From assembly GCA_032718475.1 (NCBI GenBank), contig JAUCBJ010001490.1, positions 97,951 to 161,950 of the forward strand: a stretch of 64,000 nucleotides of DNA, given 5' to 3'. Made by a program: the position numbers and the translations under genes. Under the pieces are notes generated by a model, which was given only the letters and a program-made list of their open reading frames with translations, had not been told where the DNA came from and made no database searches. Shown piece after piece: positions 10,116 to 22,146 of the stretch (positions are counted from its first letter, which is position 1; each line of letters begins with the position of its first letter). This stretch comes from Nemertoderma westbladi (taxonomy: Eukaryota; Animalia; Xenacoelomorpha).

Positions 10116-13000
10116 TCCAGAGGGGGCCAGTGGTCCAGCACCAATACCAGAAGGGGCCCGGGGTCCAGCACCAATACCAGAGGGGGCCGTGGTCCAGCAC
10201 TACTACCAGAGGGGGCCGTGGTCCAGCACCAATACCAGAGGGTGCCGGGGTCCAGCACCAACAGGGTGGGGCCTGGGGGCCAGCACCACTACCAGAGGGG
10301 GCCGTGGTCCAGTACCAATACCAGAGGGTGCCGGGCTCCAGCACCATTACCAGAGGGGGCCGGGGTCCAGCACCAATACCAGAGGGGGCCGGTGGTCCAG
10401 CACCATTACCAGAGGGGCCGGGGTCCAGCACCATTACCAGAGGGGGCCGTGGTCCAGCACCAATACCAGAGGGTGCCGGGGTCCAGCACCAACAGGGTGG
10501 GGCCTGGGGGCCAGCACCACTACCAGAGGGGGCCGTGGTCCAGCACCAATACCAGAGGGTGCCGGGGTCCAGCACCATTACCAGAGGGGGCCGGGGTCCA
10601 GCACCAATACCAGAGGGGGCCGGGGGACAGCACCATTAACAGAGGGGGCCGGGGTCCAGCACCAATACCAGAGGGGGCCGTGGTCCAGCACCACTACCAG
10701 AGGGGGCCGTGGTCCAGCACCAATACCAGAGGGGGCCTGGGTCCAGCACCAACAGGGTGGGGCCCGGGGTCCAGCACCACTACCAGAGGGGGCCGTGGTC
10801 CAGCACCAATACCAGAGGGTGCCGGGGTCCAGCACCATTACCAGAGGGGGCCGGGGTCCAGCACCAATACCAGAGGGGGCCGGGGGTCCAGCACCATTAC
10901 CAGACGGGGCCGGGGTCCAGCACCATTACCAGAGGGGGCCGTGGTCCAGCACCAATACCAGAGGGGGCCGGGTGTCCAGCACCATTACCAGAGGGGGCCG
11001 GCGTCCAGCACCACTACCAGAGGGGGCCAGGGTCCAGCACCATTACCAGAGGGTGCCAGGGTCCAGCGCCATTATCAGAGGGGGCAGGGGTCCAGCACCA
11101 ATACCAGAGGGGCCCGGGGTCCAGCACCAATACCAGAGGGGGGCGGGGTCCAGCACCACTACCAGAGGGGGCCATGGTCCAGCACCAATACCAGAGGGGG
11201 CCGGGGTCCAGCACCATTACCAGAGGGGGCCGGGGTCCAGCACCAATACCAGAGGGGGCCGGGGTCCAGCACCACTACCAGAGGGGGCCGGGGTCCAGCA
11301 CCATCACCAGAGGGGGCCGGGGTCCAGCACCAATATTCAGATGGGGCCGTTGTCCAGCACCAATACCAGATGGGGCCGGGGTCCAGCACCATTACCAGAG
11401 GGGGCCGGGGTCCAGCACCAATACCAGAGGGGGCCGGGGGTCCAGCACCACTACCAGAGGGGGCCCGGGTCCAGCACCAATACCAGAGAGGACCGGGGTC
11501 CAGCACCAACAGGGTGGGGCCCGGGGGCCAGCACGAATACCAGAAGGGGCCGGGAGTCCAGCACCAATACCTGAGGGGGCCGGTGTCCAGCACCACTACC
11601 AGAGGGGGACGGTGGTCCCGCACCAATACCAGGCGGGGCCGTGGTCCAGCACCACTACCAGAGGGGGCCGGGGTCCAGCACCATTACCAGAGGGGGTCGG
11701 GGTCCAGCACCACAACCAGAGGGGGCCGGGGTTCAGCACCACTACAAGAGGGGGCCGGGGTTCAGCACCATTACCAGAGGGGGCCGTGGTCCAGCACCAA
11801 TACCTGAGGGGGCCGGTGTCCAGCACCACTACCAGAGGGGGCCGGGGTCCAGCACCAATACCTGAGGGGGCCGGGCTCCAGCACCATTTCCAGAGGGGGC
11901 CGGGGTCCAGCACCAATACCTGAGGGGGCCGGGGTCCAGCACCACTACCAGAGGGGGCCGGGTTCCAGCACCACTGCCAGAGGAGGCCGGGGTCCAGCAC
12001 CATTACCAGAGGGGGCCGTGGTCCAGCACCAATACCTGAGGGGGCAGGGGTCCAGCACCATTACCAGAGGGTGCCGTGGTCCAGCACCAATACCTGAGGG
12101 GGCCGGGGTCCAGCACGAATACCAGAAGGGCCGGGGGTCCAGCACAGCACCAATACCAGAGGGAGCCGGTGGTCCCGCACCAATACCAGAGGGGGCCCGG
12201 GTCCAGCACCAATACCAAAGAGGACCGGGGTCCAGCACCAACAGGGTGGGGCCCCGGGGCCAGCACGAATACCAGAAGGGGCCGGGAGTCCAGCACAGCA
12301 CCAATACCAGAGGGGGCCGGTGGTCCCGCACCAATACCTGAGGGGGCCGGGGTCCAGCACCACTACCAGAGGGGACCGGGGTCCAGCACCAATAACAAAA
12401 GGGCCCGGTGTCCTGCACCAAAACCTGAGGGGGCCCGGTGTCCAGCACCAAAACCTGAGCGGGCCAGGGGGCCCGGTGTCCATCACCAAAACCTGAGGGG
12501 GCCCGTTGTCCAGCACCAAAACCTGCGGGGGCCCGGTGTCCAGCACCAAAACCTGAGGGGGGCCGGTGTCCAGCACCAAAACCTGAGGGGGCCCCTGTGT
12601 CCAGCACCAAAACCTGCGGGGGCCAGGGGGCCCGGTGTCCAGCGCCAAACCTGAGGGGGCCCGGTGTCCAGCACCAAAACCTTAGGGAGCCAGGGGGCCC
12701 GGTGTCCAGCACCAAAACCTGAGGGGGTCAGGGGGCCCGGTGTCCAGCACCAAAACCTGAGGGGGCCCGGTGTCCAGCACCAAAACCTGAGGGGGCCCGG
12801 TGTCCAGCACCAAAACCTGAGGGGGCCCGGTGTCCAGCACAAAAACCTGAGGGGGCCCGGTGTCCAGCACCAAAACCTGAGGGGGCCCGGTGTCCAGCAC
12901 CAAAACCTGAGGGGGCCCGGTGTCCAGCACCAAAACCTGAGGGGGCCCGGTGTCCAGCACCAAAACCTGAGGGGGCCCGGTGTCCAGCACCAAAACCTGA
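10116..13000 (+). repeat. GC-rich minisatellite array, 29-30 bp unit, ~2.9 kb
   Basis: CCAGCACCA(A/C/T)TACCAGAGGGGGCCG(G/T)GGT (29 bp) changes to near-perfect CCAGCACCAAAACCTGAGGGGGCCCGGTGT (30 bp) at 12731-13000. Confidence 0.95.
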
Positions 13001-14981
13001 CAGACAGAGTTATTCTTGTAGATTCCGGCAGTCCTACTGAGGGTACGCAGCAAACTTTGCCCGTGAGAAAGCTTCGCCCGCGTCCAATCTTCGCCCTCAA
13101 AATGAGCAACTATCGCCCGGCGGAAACTTTCGCCCGGGCGAAGGTTGTACGCGGTGGAAGATTGGATACGGGCGAAGGTTGTACGCGAGCGAAGATTGCA
13201 CCCAACCCTACTGAGCCTATTTTGTATAATTGATCCCCGGTTAAACCTGTGGGGGGGGGGGGGGTGCCCCGTGCGTCGATGTTTGTCTCTGATCGATTGG
13301 CCGTGTACTGGAGAAACGAGGGGACTCAATGACGTCATCCCGAGTAGGCAAGGGTTGCTAGAACCCCATCCTAGACAGTAGAAAGGGCCATCGGTAGTTG
13401 ATTGTTGCAGTTTCTTAACTTGATGTTAGTAATTATAATAATTCATTTATTTTATTTATGGACCGCTTCAATTACTCCATATGTATGGATATGAAATTAA
13501 AATTATTGTTGCAGTTTCCGGTCCTCCCAGACCCACAACTTATACACGGCCGATCTGCCTTGAAACATATGCGCTTATTGCAGCGCCCCGACTGGGCATT
13601 GCACCCGCAACAAGGCTTTGATATCGACGCCTTTGTCTTGTCGCACCAATAGTTTGCAGCTACTGTAGCAAACTATCCGATAGTTGGCGCCAAACAGTCT
13701 GTTACTGTCAGCCTCCTACTTTATAATACAGTATGATGTGTACTGTATGCTAGTTTATATACTACTGTACTATCTCTGTATGGGTCGTATTTGTATTATT
13801 TACCGTTACTATATTGAGTAATAATTGTATACAGTAGTAATTCTTTGTAACTGCAGTATCTTTTTGGAGGCATTCTTATTGTTTTTTTCATATAATTTTT
13901 ATTAATTTATATTCTGACCCTTTAGGCATTCCTGTGGCACTATATGTTGGTAAATGTCGCATTCCACGGTGCTACACTAGCGTGGGTCACTTCGTGTCTT
14001 ATTACGTTGTACCATTACAAGATGCTTGCTTCTTAAAATATCATCATTCCAAAAATAACTAACCTATTCAATTACTATAGAGATTATTTTGGTGGATTAA
14101 ATTACGAGCAAAAGCATAAATGTTTCTATAACAAAAGGAAACGAGCAAATTAAGTAGACCTACTGTAACGCAAATATCGCACATTATGTGATAAAATCTA
14201 TTTTAATAATTTCATCGGAACACTAAAAATGTTACAATTTAGTGCATTATTATTGTTTAGGATTGTTTAGTTTGTTTTTAAGTGATGTCATAGTTTAAGT
14301 GATGACATACAGTAGTTTAAGTAGGCCTATCATTTTTTTCACGATAACCATAAATATTGAATTCACTTATTCTATAATAATTCACCATTAACATTTGCGC
14401 TATGTAGCGCAGCAGGCTAAAACTACCGCTCGAGTTATGACACTTGCAGGCTCAGCCTCACCTACTAAGAATATCCATATCGGCTAAGAATAGCCGTACA
14501 CCCGCGGTCTTAAGAGTGCTCACTATTTAACACTTCTAAATAACACCCTAAATATCATTATTGTTATAACTACAGTCTACAGTATACATTCGTTGATTAC
14601 TGTAAGGGTAATTTCCGCGAATACATACAGTTGATTTTATGTTTACATTAACCTCATCGCAGCATTACGCAATGGAACAGTTGTGATAGCGAAATCCATC
14701 TCTACGAAATAGCACAGCGGGGATGGTGTAGTTGTATTCCAGATGATCATTGTAGTGTACTGCGGTACCGGTATGCAACATGTAGATCTCCGCTCTGGGG
14801 ATCAATATAGTTCATATGGAAAACGTGGTGAGGTAAATTACCACTAATTAAACTCCCAACCTTTATTAATATATATTTTTGTACTGTACATTAGCTTTAC
14901 AACATATGTTTTTGAGTTTCAGGATTTTATATATAGTTTATTTTTATTAATACATACGAAATATTCAGATTTGCTCTTAAG

Positions 14982-15726
14982 ATGTCAGTAGATGAGGTTG
15001 AAGATTTCTGCTCGTTCGTTGGCGAAGACATCGACGCCCCAAACCGGCCCCCAAACAAACCACTCGATCCAAACCATACCATTAACTTTGATCGTTACAG
15101 AGGTCGTGTTTGTTTGGTTATTAATGTTGCCACAAAGGGAGGTTTAGCTAAGAAAAACTTTAAGGAACTCGTGGAGCTGCATTCGAAATATGCAGACAAA
15201 GTAAGTTTGTTTGCCTTTAATTACAGTAGTTGTTAGTTTATTAGGCTCATGCACTGCAGTAGGCCAAATACTAAATACAAAAATCTTTTGTGATTTTTTA
15301 CAATTATGTTCACTGGTTTCATTTTAAGTCGTTAATGAATTATACCACTATAAGAATAAATGTTTGATCTACGTTATAGGGCCTACTACTTACATTATTT
15401 TTAATTTCTAGGGATTGAGTATTTTGGCCTTCCCCTGCAATCAGTTTGGCGGACAGGAACCCGGGACTAACGCGGAAATAAAGGAATTTGCAAAGAGTAT
15501 GGGAGTAAAGTTCGACATATTCAGCAAGATCGATTGTAATGGAAGTTACGCTCTTCCTCTTTGGAAATGGCTTCAGTGCGAAAAGTGTGGAGAGTTTGGA
15601 CACAAAATAAAATGGAATCACACCAAGTTCCTAATCGATAGAAACGGGATTATTTTTGAACGATATGCGCCAATCAGAGCACCTAAATCTCTTGAAGGGG
15701 ACATTAATGCTCTGTTAAATAAGTAA
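14982..15726 (+). CDS. GPx4/PHGPx-like paralogue with Gly at the catalytic Sec/Cys position; exons 14982-15200 and 15412-15726, 177 aa
   Basis: [20 protein letters not shown]...YADK|gtaagt...tttctag|[18 protein letters not shown]...[15 protein letters not shown]. Phase-0 intron at the same position as in the Sec copy. GGA at 15138-15140. Confidence 0.9.
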
Positions 15727-16379
15727 AAGTTAATAAACTCTAGAACTCTAAAAACTCTAGGCTGGTGCAGGGTTATCTTAACCATCAAAAATTAAGCTAA
15801 TATTATTTTACTGTGTTTAGTTTTATTAAACTGTGTGATGGTTCGACTCCTTTTATATGAATATAATATAACGTAGTTTTATTTTTAAATCATAAATTAC
15901 ATTATAATTAAGTAATTAAATTAGGTAATTAATAATTAATTATATAAAGTTATCAAATGAAGCGACCCTATTGATATTTAGGGGGGGGGGGGGGGGGGGG
16001 CATGGCCACCTGGCTACGTCACTGCTTCTAAGAAACTGCCTATCCCAGTTAATATAGAAAATGGATATCATCTGGAAATTAGACCTCTCCTTTCACCTGA
16101 CTTGAAAGTTCTTTCGTGCCACAGTAGAAATGGAAACTTTTTATACGGGGTGAGACATGGGAACTAATGAACTCATTTGAACAAGTTATTGATGATTTTT
16201 ACACAAGACTACTTCTGCAAGCAAAACAATATCTTTGTGAGCTAAATAGTACAGTAGAAAAGCCAGCAGTAATAGTACAGCTGGCTATAAGAAGACCGTC
16301 CACAGGATCACTCCCCATTATTGAATAGCTTTGCTTACAGTCTAAGAGGGAGTAATTCCAGCCCCTAAATGTCATTATC

Positions 16380-16578
16380 ACTGGAGCTCTGCTCGGGTTT
16401 CTGCATTATTAGTTTGTGGCTGGGATGTTTGAACTCTAAAAAGTCGATCAATCATGGATGAAATTCAACCAAACTTGGTAGGCCTACACATGTAGTCTAT
16501 CAAAAGTAATTCTACACACAGACAGACTTTTACAGTTCCTCTGTCTGCCGCTAGGGGGCGAATTGTCAGAGCTCCAGT
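16380..16578. mobile_element. Small MITE-like element
   Basis: ACTGGAGCTCTG ... CAGAGCTCCAGT inverted ends; internal CAAACTTGGTA..CACATG motif is shared with other repeats in the window. Confidence 0.55.
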
Positions 16579-18395
16579 TCATCATGCTTAGCACGGTTTA
16601 ATTAACCTATGAAACATTTGAACGGCCCAGTGCTTAAAATTCAATCAGCTGGCCTCCCACCTAACATAGCAGTGAGTAACCTTATACAGTAGATATTCCC
16701 ATAAGATTCACTTGGAAGAGCTATTCAGCTATTCGATTTTTAAATGTTTGTTTGTTTGAATAAATTTGAATTGAATTTAATTGACGGGATTACATACTGT
16801 TTAACGGTTGATGTTTGCTTACTTTCTGGGATATAGTGTGAGAGTAATAAACACAACCTTACTAAAACTTGGCAAGTAGGCCTACAGTAATATACTCATA
16901 TGGCTGCAGTTTTGGCCTATCCACTCAATAGTAGTAGTTTACTAGGCCCTCATGAGCACCAGCTGGTGTTTCTACCATTGAGTCTATAGCAATTTTCGTG
17001 TTATGGGGCTATTTTCGAAATAAAAAAATACATTTTAATAATTTTTTTCGAAACTTTTTTCCATATCCTAAGCTTTCGAGCTGCGTAGATTGATATTACT
17101 TTGATTGACTGACGATGAGCTATAGCTTCGGAGGAGTTTACATAATATACAATATAATACATACATACATACATTATACTTTATTTCCAGTAGGTAATAA
17201 GCCCTAACGGTCTTTTGCAGTAACTATAGGCCTACAACAACAATGGAATTAAATGCATGGAAGTTGATAGGGTCTTCCTAATAAGAAAGTACCGTGTAGG
17301 CCTACCGCGTAGAGTGGCCCGCATTTAGATTAAGTTAATTTAGTTTCCTATACTACAAGATGCATTATTTTTCATTGTCATGTCATTCATATTATTTATG
17401 TAATATTTTGTATTATTATTGTTAATTTTTTTTGTTTTTTCCCAAGTGGTAATATCTTTTATTACGGTACGTTATTTATAACAAATATCAAATTTATAAT
17501 TATAATATTTTGCTGTTTAGAATATTTATTATTATTTAGAGAAAAATTAATATTTTAGTAAATAATGTAATAATTTGTATAAAAATATTTTGAGTTATCG
17601 AAAATCCTCCATAATCGATAGAAAATTTAATCTATTCGATGTTTAACATTAAAATCTAAAAAATCCGGGGTGGATTTCCGTCCCTTTTACCTCACCAGAG
17701 TAGAGTCTCCGCCCAAAAGCTAAAGAGATCACCATAGAAATTAAATCCCTGGACCCGCCCCTCCTTCTATGATTACCGCGCTCTCGGTAACTGTAAGTTG
17801 TACGGAGACTAATTACCTTTTATATTATTTGTTGGTAATGTTGAACAATACATTGTTTGGTGTATTGTTATTGTTTTTTTTACAAATGTATAAATATATA
17901 ATGATTTCTATCCATTGTATTGGTCGTTCAAATTATCGCATATACCAGGACCAGTGGCACAAACCAGTATTATAACTTTAGATATTATTACACACTGCAC
18001 TGAGCACGGTACATTAATGAGTTGTATAAGAAGAGTACTGGCAGTATTAATTAATTATTTTAATGCATAACGCCAGATTGTCGCCAACTGCCGCATTACG
18101 TTTATGTTTCGTCCGAGGCGAATGGCATGTCTTTGTCCAACATATAAAATTATCTATCTAAATAATATATTTACACACTTCCTGATCTTGACACACAACA
18201 CAAAACTTCAGTGTACTAGGTGACGAGGTACCGGTACAGTACAGTAATTAATTGCAAAAAGTTTTGCTGAACCAACTGTGTACGACGTAAACGGTACACC
18301 AGTCTGACAGTGTTATAGGGTACTGTATTGTGTATTGTAGACCCACCCCCATTTTCCATAAATTAGTGGGCCTAAAAAATAATTAGTATCCTAAC

Positions 18396-19590
18396 ATGTT
18401 GTTACGTGTTTCCCTAGAATTTCCAGTCATAAGGCGTAACATATCTTGCTTACTAAATAGTAGAAGTTCTACTTTCTGTAACCGTACTAAGTTCACAAAG
18501 TTATCCGTAGCGGGTAAGTATCACGTTCACACATCACCGGTACCGTTGCCACGCCCTCAATCATTGTTATTTAACGCCTTACAACGCAAACTCAGTACCG
18601 GTAGCAGCATGGCGGGTTTCTACTCATTTTCAGCGGAAGATATCGATGGGGAGACAGTCGATATGAAACGATACAGCGGTCGCGTCTGTTTGGTTGTTAA
18701 TGTGGCGACTAAATGAGGTTTTACCAAGAAGAACTACTCGCAACTGGTGGACCTGCACTCCACCTACGCTTCACAGGTAAGTTCGCATTACAACCTGAAG
18801 TTACTGATACCGGTGTACCGGTACCGGTTCAGCGGTTTTGTCAGATTTATGAATTTAGAATGGATGGTCTTCTTATTGAGTCAACAGACCTTACAGTGTT
18901 GCTTCGTATAACTGTATAATGGGAGTTGCCGGGTCATGACAGCATGACGAGAACAGCGCGATAAATTCCAGAATCACGTTGTAATAAACATAGTTAAACC
19001 TTAACCCACCCAACCTCATGTACATCGGATCTGAGTACAATCAGTACAGTACTGTACACAGACACTCTAACTCACTTGTGTAGGCCTATCGATTCATCTA
19101 CGGTATGTCTTAAAATGTAATTTTCGAATTTTAACCCACCTTTCCTTTATTTGATTTAAAAAGTATTGATATTGATATTTAGATTTAGTTCCCGAGATAT
19201 TGTCCACTCATACTCCATCTCTTTCGGTTTTTACCCTACCGGTAATAATATTATCATTCACTTGTAATTGTCTAGGGTTTGAGTATCCTGGCGTTCCCCT
19301 GTAACCAGTTTGGCGGGCAGGAACCCGGGACTAACGCCGAAATAAAAGAATTCGCCAAGAGTTACGGAGTTAACTTCGATATGTTCAGCAAGATCGACGT
19401 CAATGGCGACAGGGCTCATCCGTTATGGAAATGGCTTCAGTCGGAATTGCACGGATTCATGGGTAACAAGATTAAATGGAATTTCTCGAAGTTTCTACTC
19501 GACCGATCCGGGACTCCGATAAAGCGATTCGCTCCCAACGTCGAGCCCAAGTCGATAGAGAAGGACATTATTGATCTATTGAGCAAATAA
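18396..19590 (+). CDS. GPX4: Selenoprotein glutathione peroxidase, GPx4/PHGPx type; exons 18396-18776 and 19276-19590; Sec UGA at 18714-18716; 231 aa (160 aa from ATG 18609)
   Basis: [33 protein letters not shown]|gtaagt...tctag|[18 protein letters not shown]...IKWNFSKFL. The UGA sits exactly at the GPx catalytic site, homology continues past it, and a SECIS lies downstream. Confidence 0.93.
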
Positions 19591-21671
19591 TAGTTGAGTG
19601 TTTGGTTAGGAACATTAGCCCGTGTCCAATATTCGCCCGGAGCAAACTTCGTGCGATAAATAATTATCGCTAAATTAACTGCCTGGCTAATTAATAATTT
19701 ATAACTTGTGCTATTGACTTTATTGTTTTGGTTAGAATTACATGCCACTGTAAGTAACCAGTACAACCTACTCCTTTCCCAATATTGATAAATTATTGGG
19801 CGTAGCTTGTCTACGGGCTAAGTTTCCTCCCGTCCGAGGGTTGTGCTTGTGATTATTGTTGTATTATTATTGCTGGGCAAGGAGTAAAAACTAAATGTAT
19901 TTTTTCCCGTTGTATTTACTATAGTTTGTTTCATGGCTGTAATTCGAGTGGGTAACTCATTTGTCGCAGTAACAACAACCAGTGCCCCTATGGCCATGGC
20001 CCCCCAAACTCTAAAAGATTATAGCCTCATCTCTTTGGACATAGAAGTACTGCTTAATGTGACTTAATGGATTCAACGCCTGTCCGCTTATCACAATAAT
20101 GTTTGGCGGCACAGCTTTGAATCTTATTAACCGCAGCTATGGATGTGCTGGGGGACATGGCTAAGGAATCCTGGGTTTGCTAGGAGAAAGGATTAAAAGG
20201 GTTGAGTAGTTTACTAAATTACAGAAAACGGTTTGTTATCTAAACGAATTATATCCAAAAAACTTCTTAAATTATTTGTAATTCATACAGTCTGTATGTA
20301 TATGAATTTGAAAAATAAAAAATGTAATGTAATGTATCGCATGATACAGTACATTACATTTTATATTAAATAATATTGAGTATATCATTCCTTTATTAGT
20401 ATTGTTTTGTTATTAAACATTTAGTCCATTATTATAGTGCAGTTAATATTGTGTTTACACTATTACACCCATCCAAATACACTGGCAATTCAATAGGTGG
20501 TATTAGCTATAGCTATATTAGCATTAGAGCTTCAATTAGCAGTGAATTTAATTAATTGTAAAAATATTGTTTATTGTGGGGCGAGCCTCGTAGCGTGGAC
20601 GTTGTTAGGGTGTGTAACTTTGTAACTGACGGTTTTTAAATGTTTCCCATTCCATTTAATCCTATTGATTTGAATCTCGATCTGTCTATGAGGCCCGGGT
20701 CACTCAGGATCTTTCAACTTACAACTAAAAGATATAACAGTAGCCTATGGAGGCGTTCACAGTCACACATAACTAGTCTACTTTCAACATGCACTAGTCA
20801 TGATCAGTCTTACTTGAAAGCTGAAAGCTGACATCTCTAGCATTGACAACCAATAAGATGTAACAACTATTTCCCAAAGTAATATTGTGCAAATGTTTTG
20901 TAGCTGGTCTATTGCAAGATAGCCAATGTTTGTATATGTCTGAAGTGAACCGTAACATGTCATAGTTTTGAAAGTTGATAGTTGAATGTTGAAAGCTCAG
21001 GTGTGACCCGGACCTTAACAATTACCCAATGTATAGAGTTTGGGTTTCACTGGCTAGGAGGCGTTACGAGGTGAACCCATCGTGTCCAATATAAATCTCG
21101 TTATCATAACCGAATTAACTAAATGTAACCGAATTACGTGCATCGCGAATTCCCCACGAATATATTACATGGATTAGTGACCGTGTTAGATCACCATTAT
21201 TATGTCATCATCAACTCATATTCCAACGTCTCTATGACGGTAATGACACTTTTAAAGTAATTTATCAAATCGGCTTTTTTCCTATGCAACAATAAAATGT
21301 TAGATTTAGTTAAGAATCCTTTAAATCTGTTTTATATTTCAAAACGGCCACCAGAATTGTATTAAACGAATTATCGTTTTTACAAACCTCAATCCTAAAG
21401 ATTTCACAACCAATTCGCTTTACACAAACATTATAATATGCAATTTTCGTAATTTTACATACAGTAAACGTCCTAGAAATAATTGATGGGATATGTGTTG
21501 GTCGGTTGTGGTCTTACTCACTTACTGTTTGTTACTCTTTTACATTAATTGAATTTTCCTATTTTTTTAAACATAATATTTACCTAGTTACATCTATCAT
21601 TACCAACTGTCTACTATTGAATAATTGATGGTTTTACGATATTCATCTGTAGTTCCAACCATAATGTTCTA

Positions 21672-21743
21672 GCATGCGAGCTTATGATGGGAATATTCGC
21701 AACCGTTTTAAGTTAATGGAGATTATTTCCTGAATTTCCGTGC
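21672..21743 (+). promoter_or_regulatory. Type II SECIS element
   Basis: AUGA (21684-87); helix II GGGAAUAUUC/GAUUAUUUCC (9 of 10 pairs); unpaired AA (21701-02); apical stem CCGUU/AAUGG; 3' UGAA (21731-34) completes the tandem G.A core; helix I GCAUG/CGUGC. Confidence 0.8.
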
Positions 21744-22146
21744 AGGGGATTCGCTTGCTAGGTGACAACGTTGTTGAACTGGATATGTCGTGTCGTCAAA
21801 TTTCATGTAATTTCCTAGGTAGAATAACATGGTGTATTTCATGCAGTACGGTAGTTATTGTTTATCCATCACAATGCTAATTAAATATTTTAATTGAAAT
21901 TAATTAAATAGAAAACAACTAATTTTTCTTAAATAACAGAACCAGCTTTAGCTTAGTAGTAGCATGACCTGTACATGACAGTAATTTTTGCGGGTCTGCG
22001 ACATGTTGGCCTTTACTATGGTACAATTGAGGAAGACCCAGATTATAAAGCCGGCCAAAACACTGGGTCAGAAATATAAACTTACCATTCAAAAGTCCAG
22101 TGTAATTGAACAGTCGGTAACTTTAATTTATTTTTTAACTTTGACC

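Noticed and set aside
10101-13338. Long Gly/Pro/Gln-rich ORFs resembling collagen or silk, or a CRISPR array
   Set aside because: The 29 bp unit cycles through all frames on both strands. There are no unique spacers, no cas genes, and the context is eukaryotic.
18714-18716. TGA as a true stop or pseudogene lesion; ORF 18713-18919 as a separate gene
   Set aside because: The TGA is at the GPx catalytic position, homology continues in frame to a GT donor, and a SECIS is present. The second ORF is off-frame and runs into the intron.
20059-21260. Nearer SECIS candidates (GTGA 20059, ATGA 20688, ATGA 20800, GTGA 21003, ATGA 21234)
   Set aside because: None has a correctly placed 3' GA for the non-Watson-Crick core together with an apical AA; they form ordinary helices.
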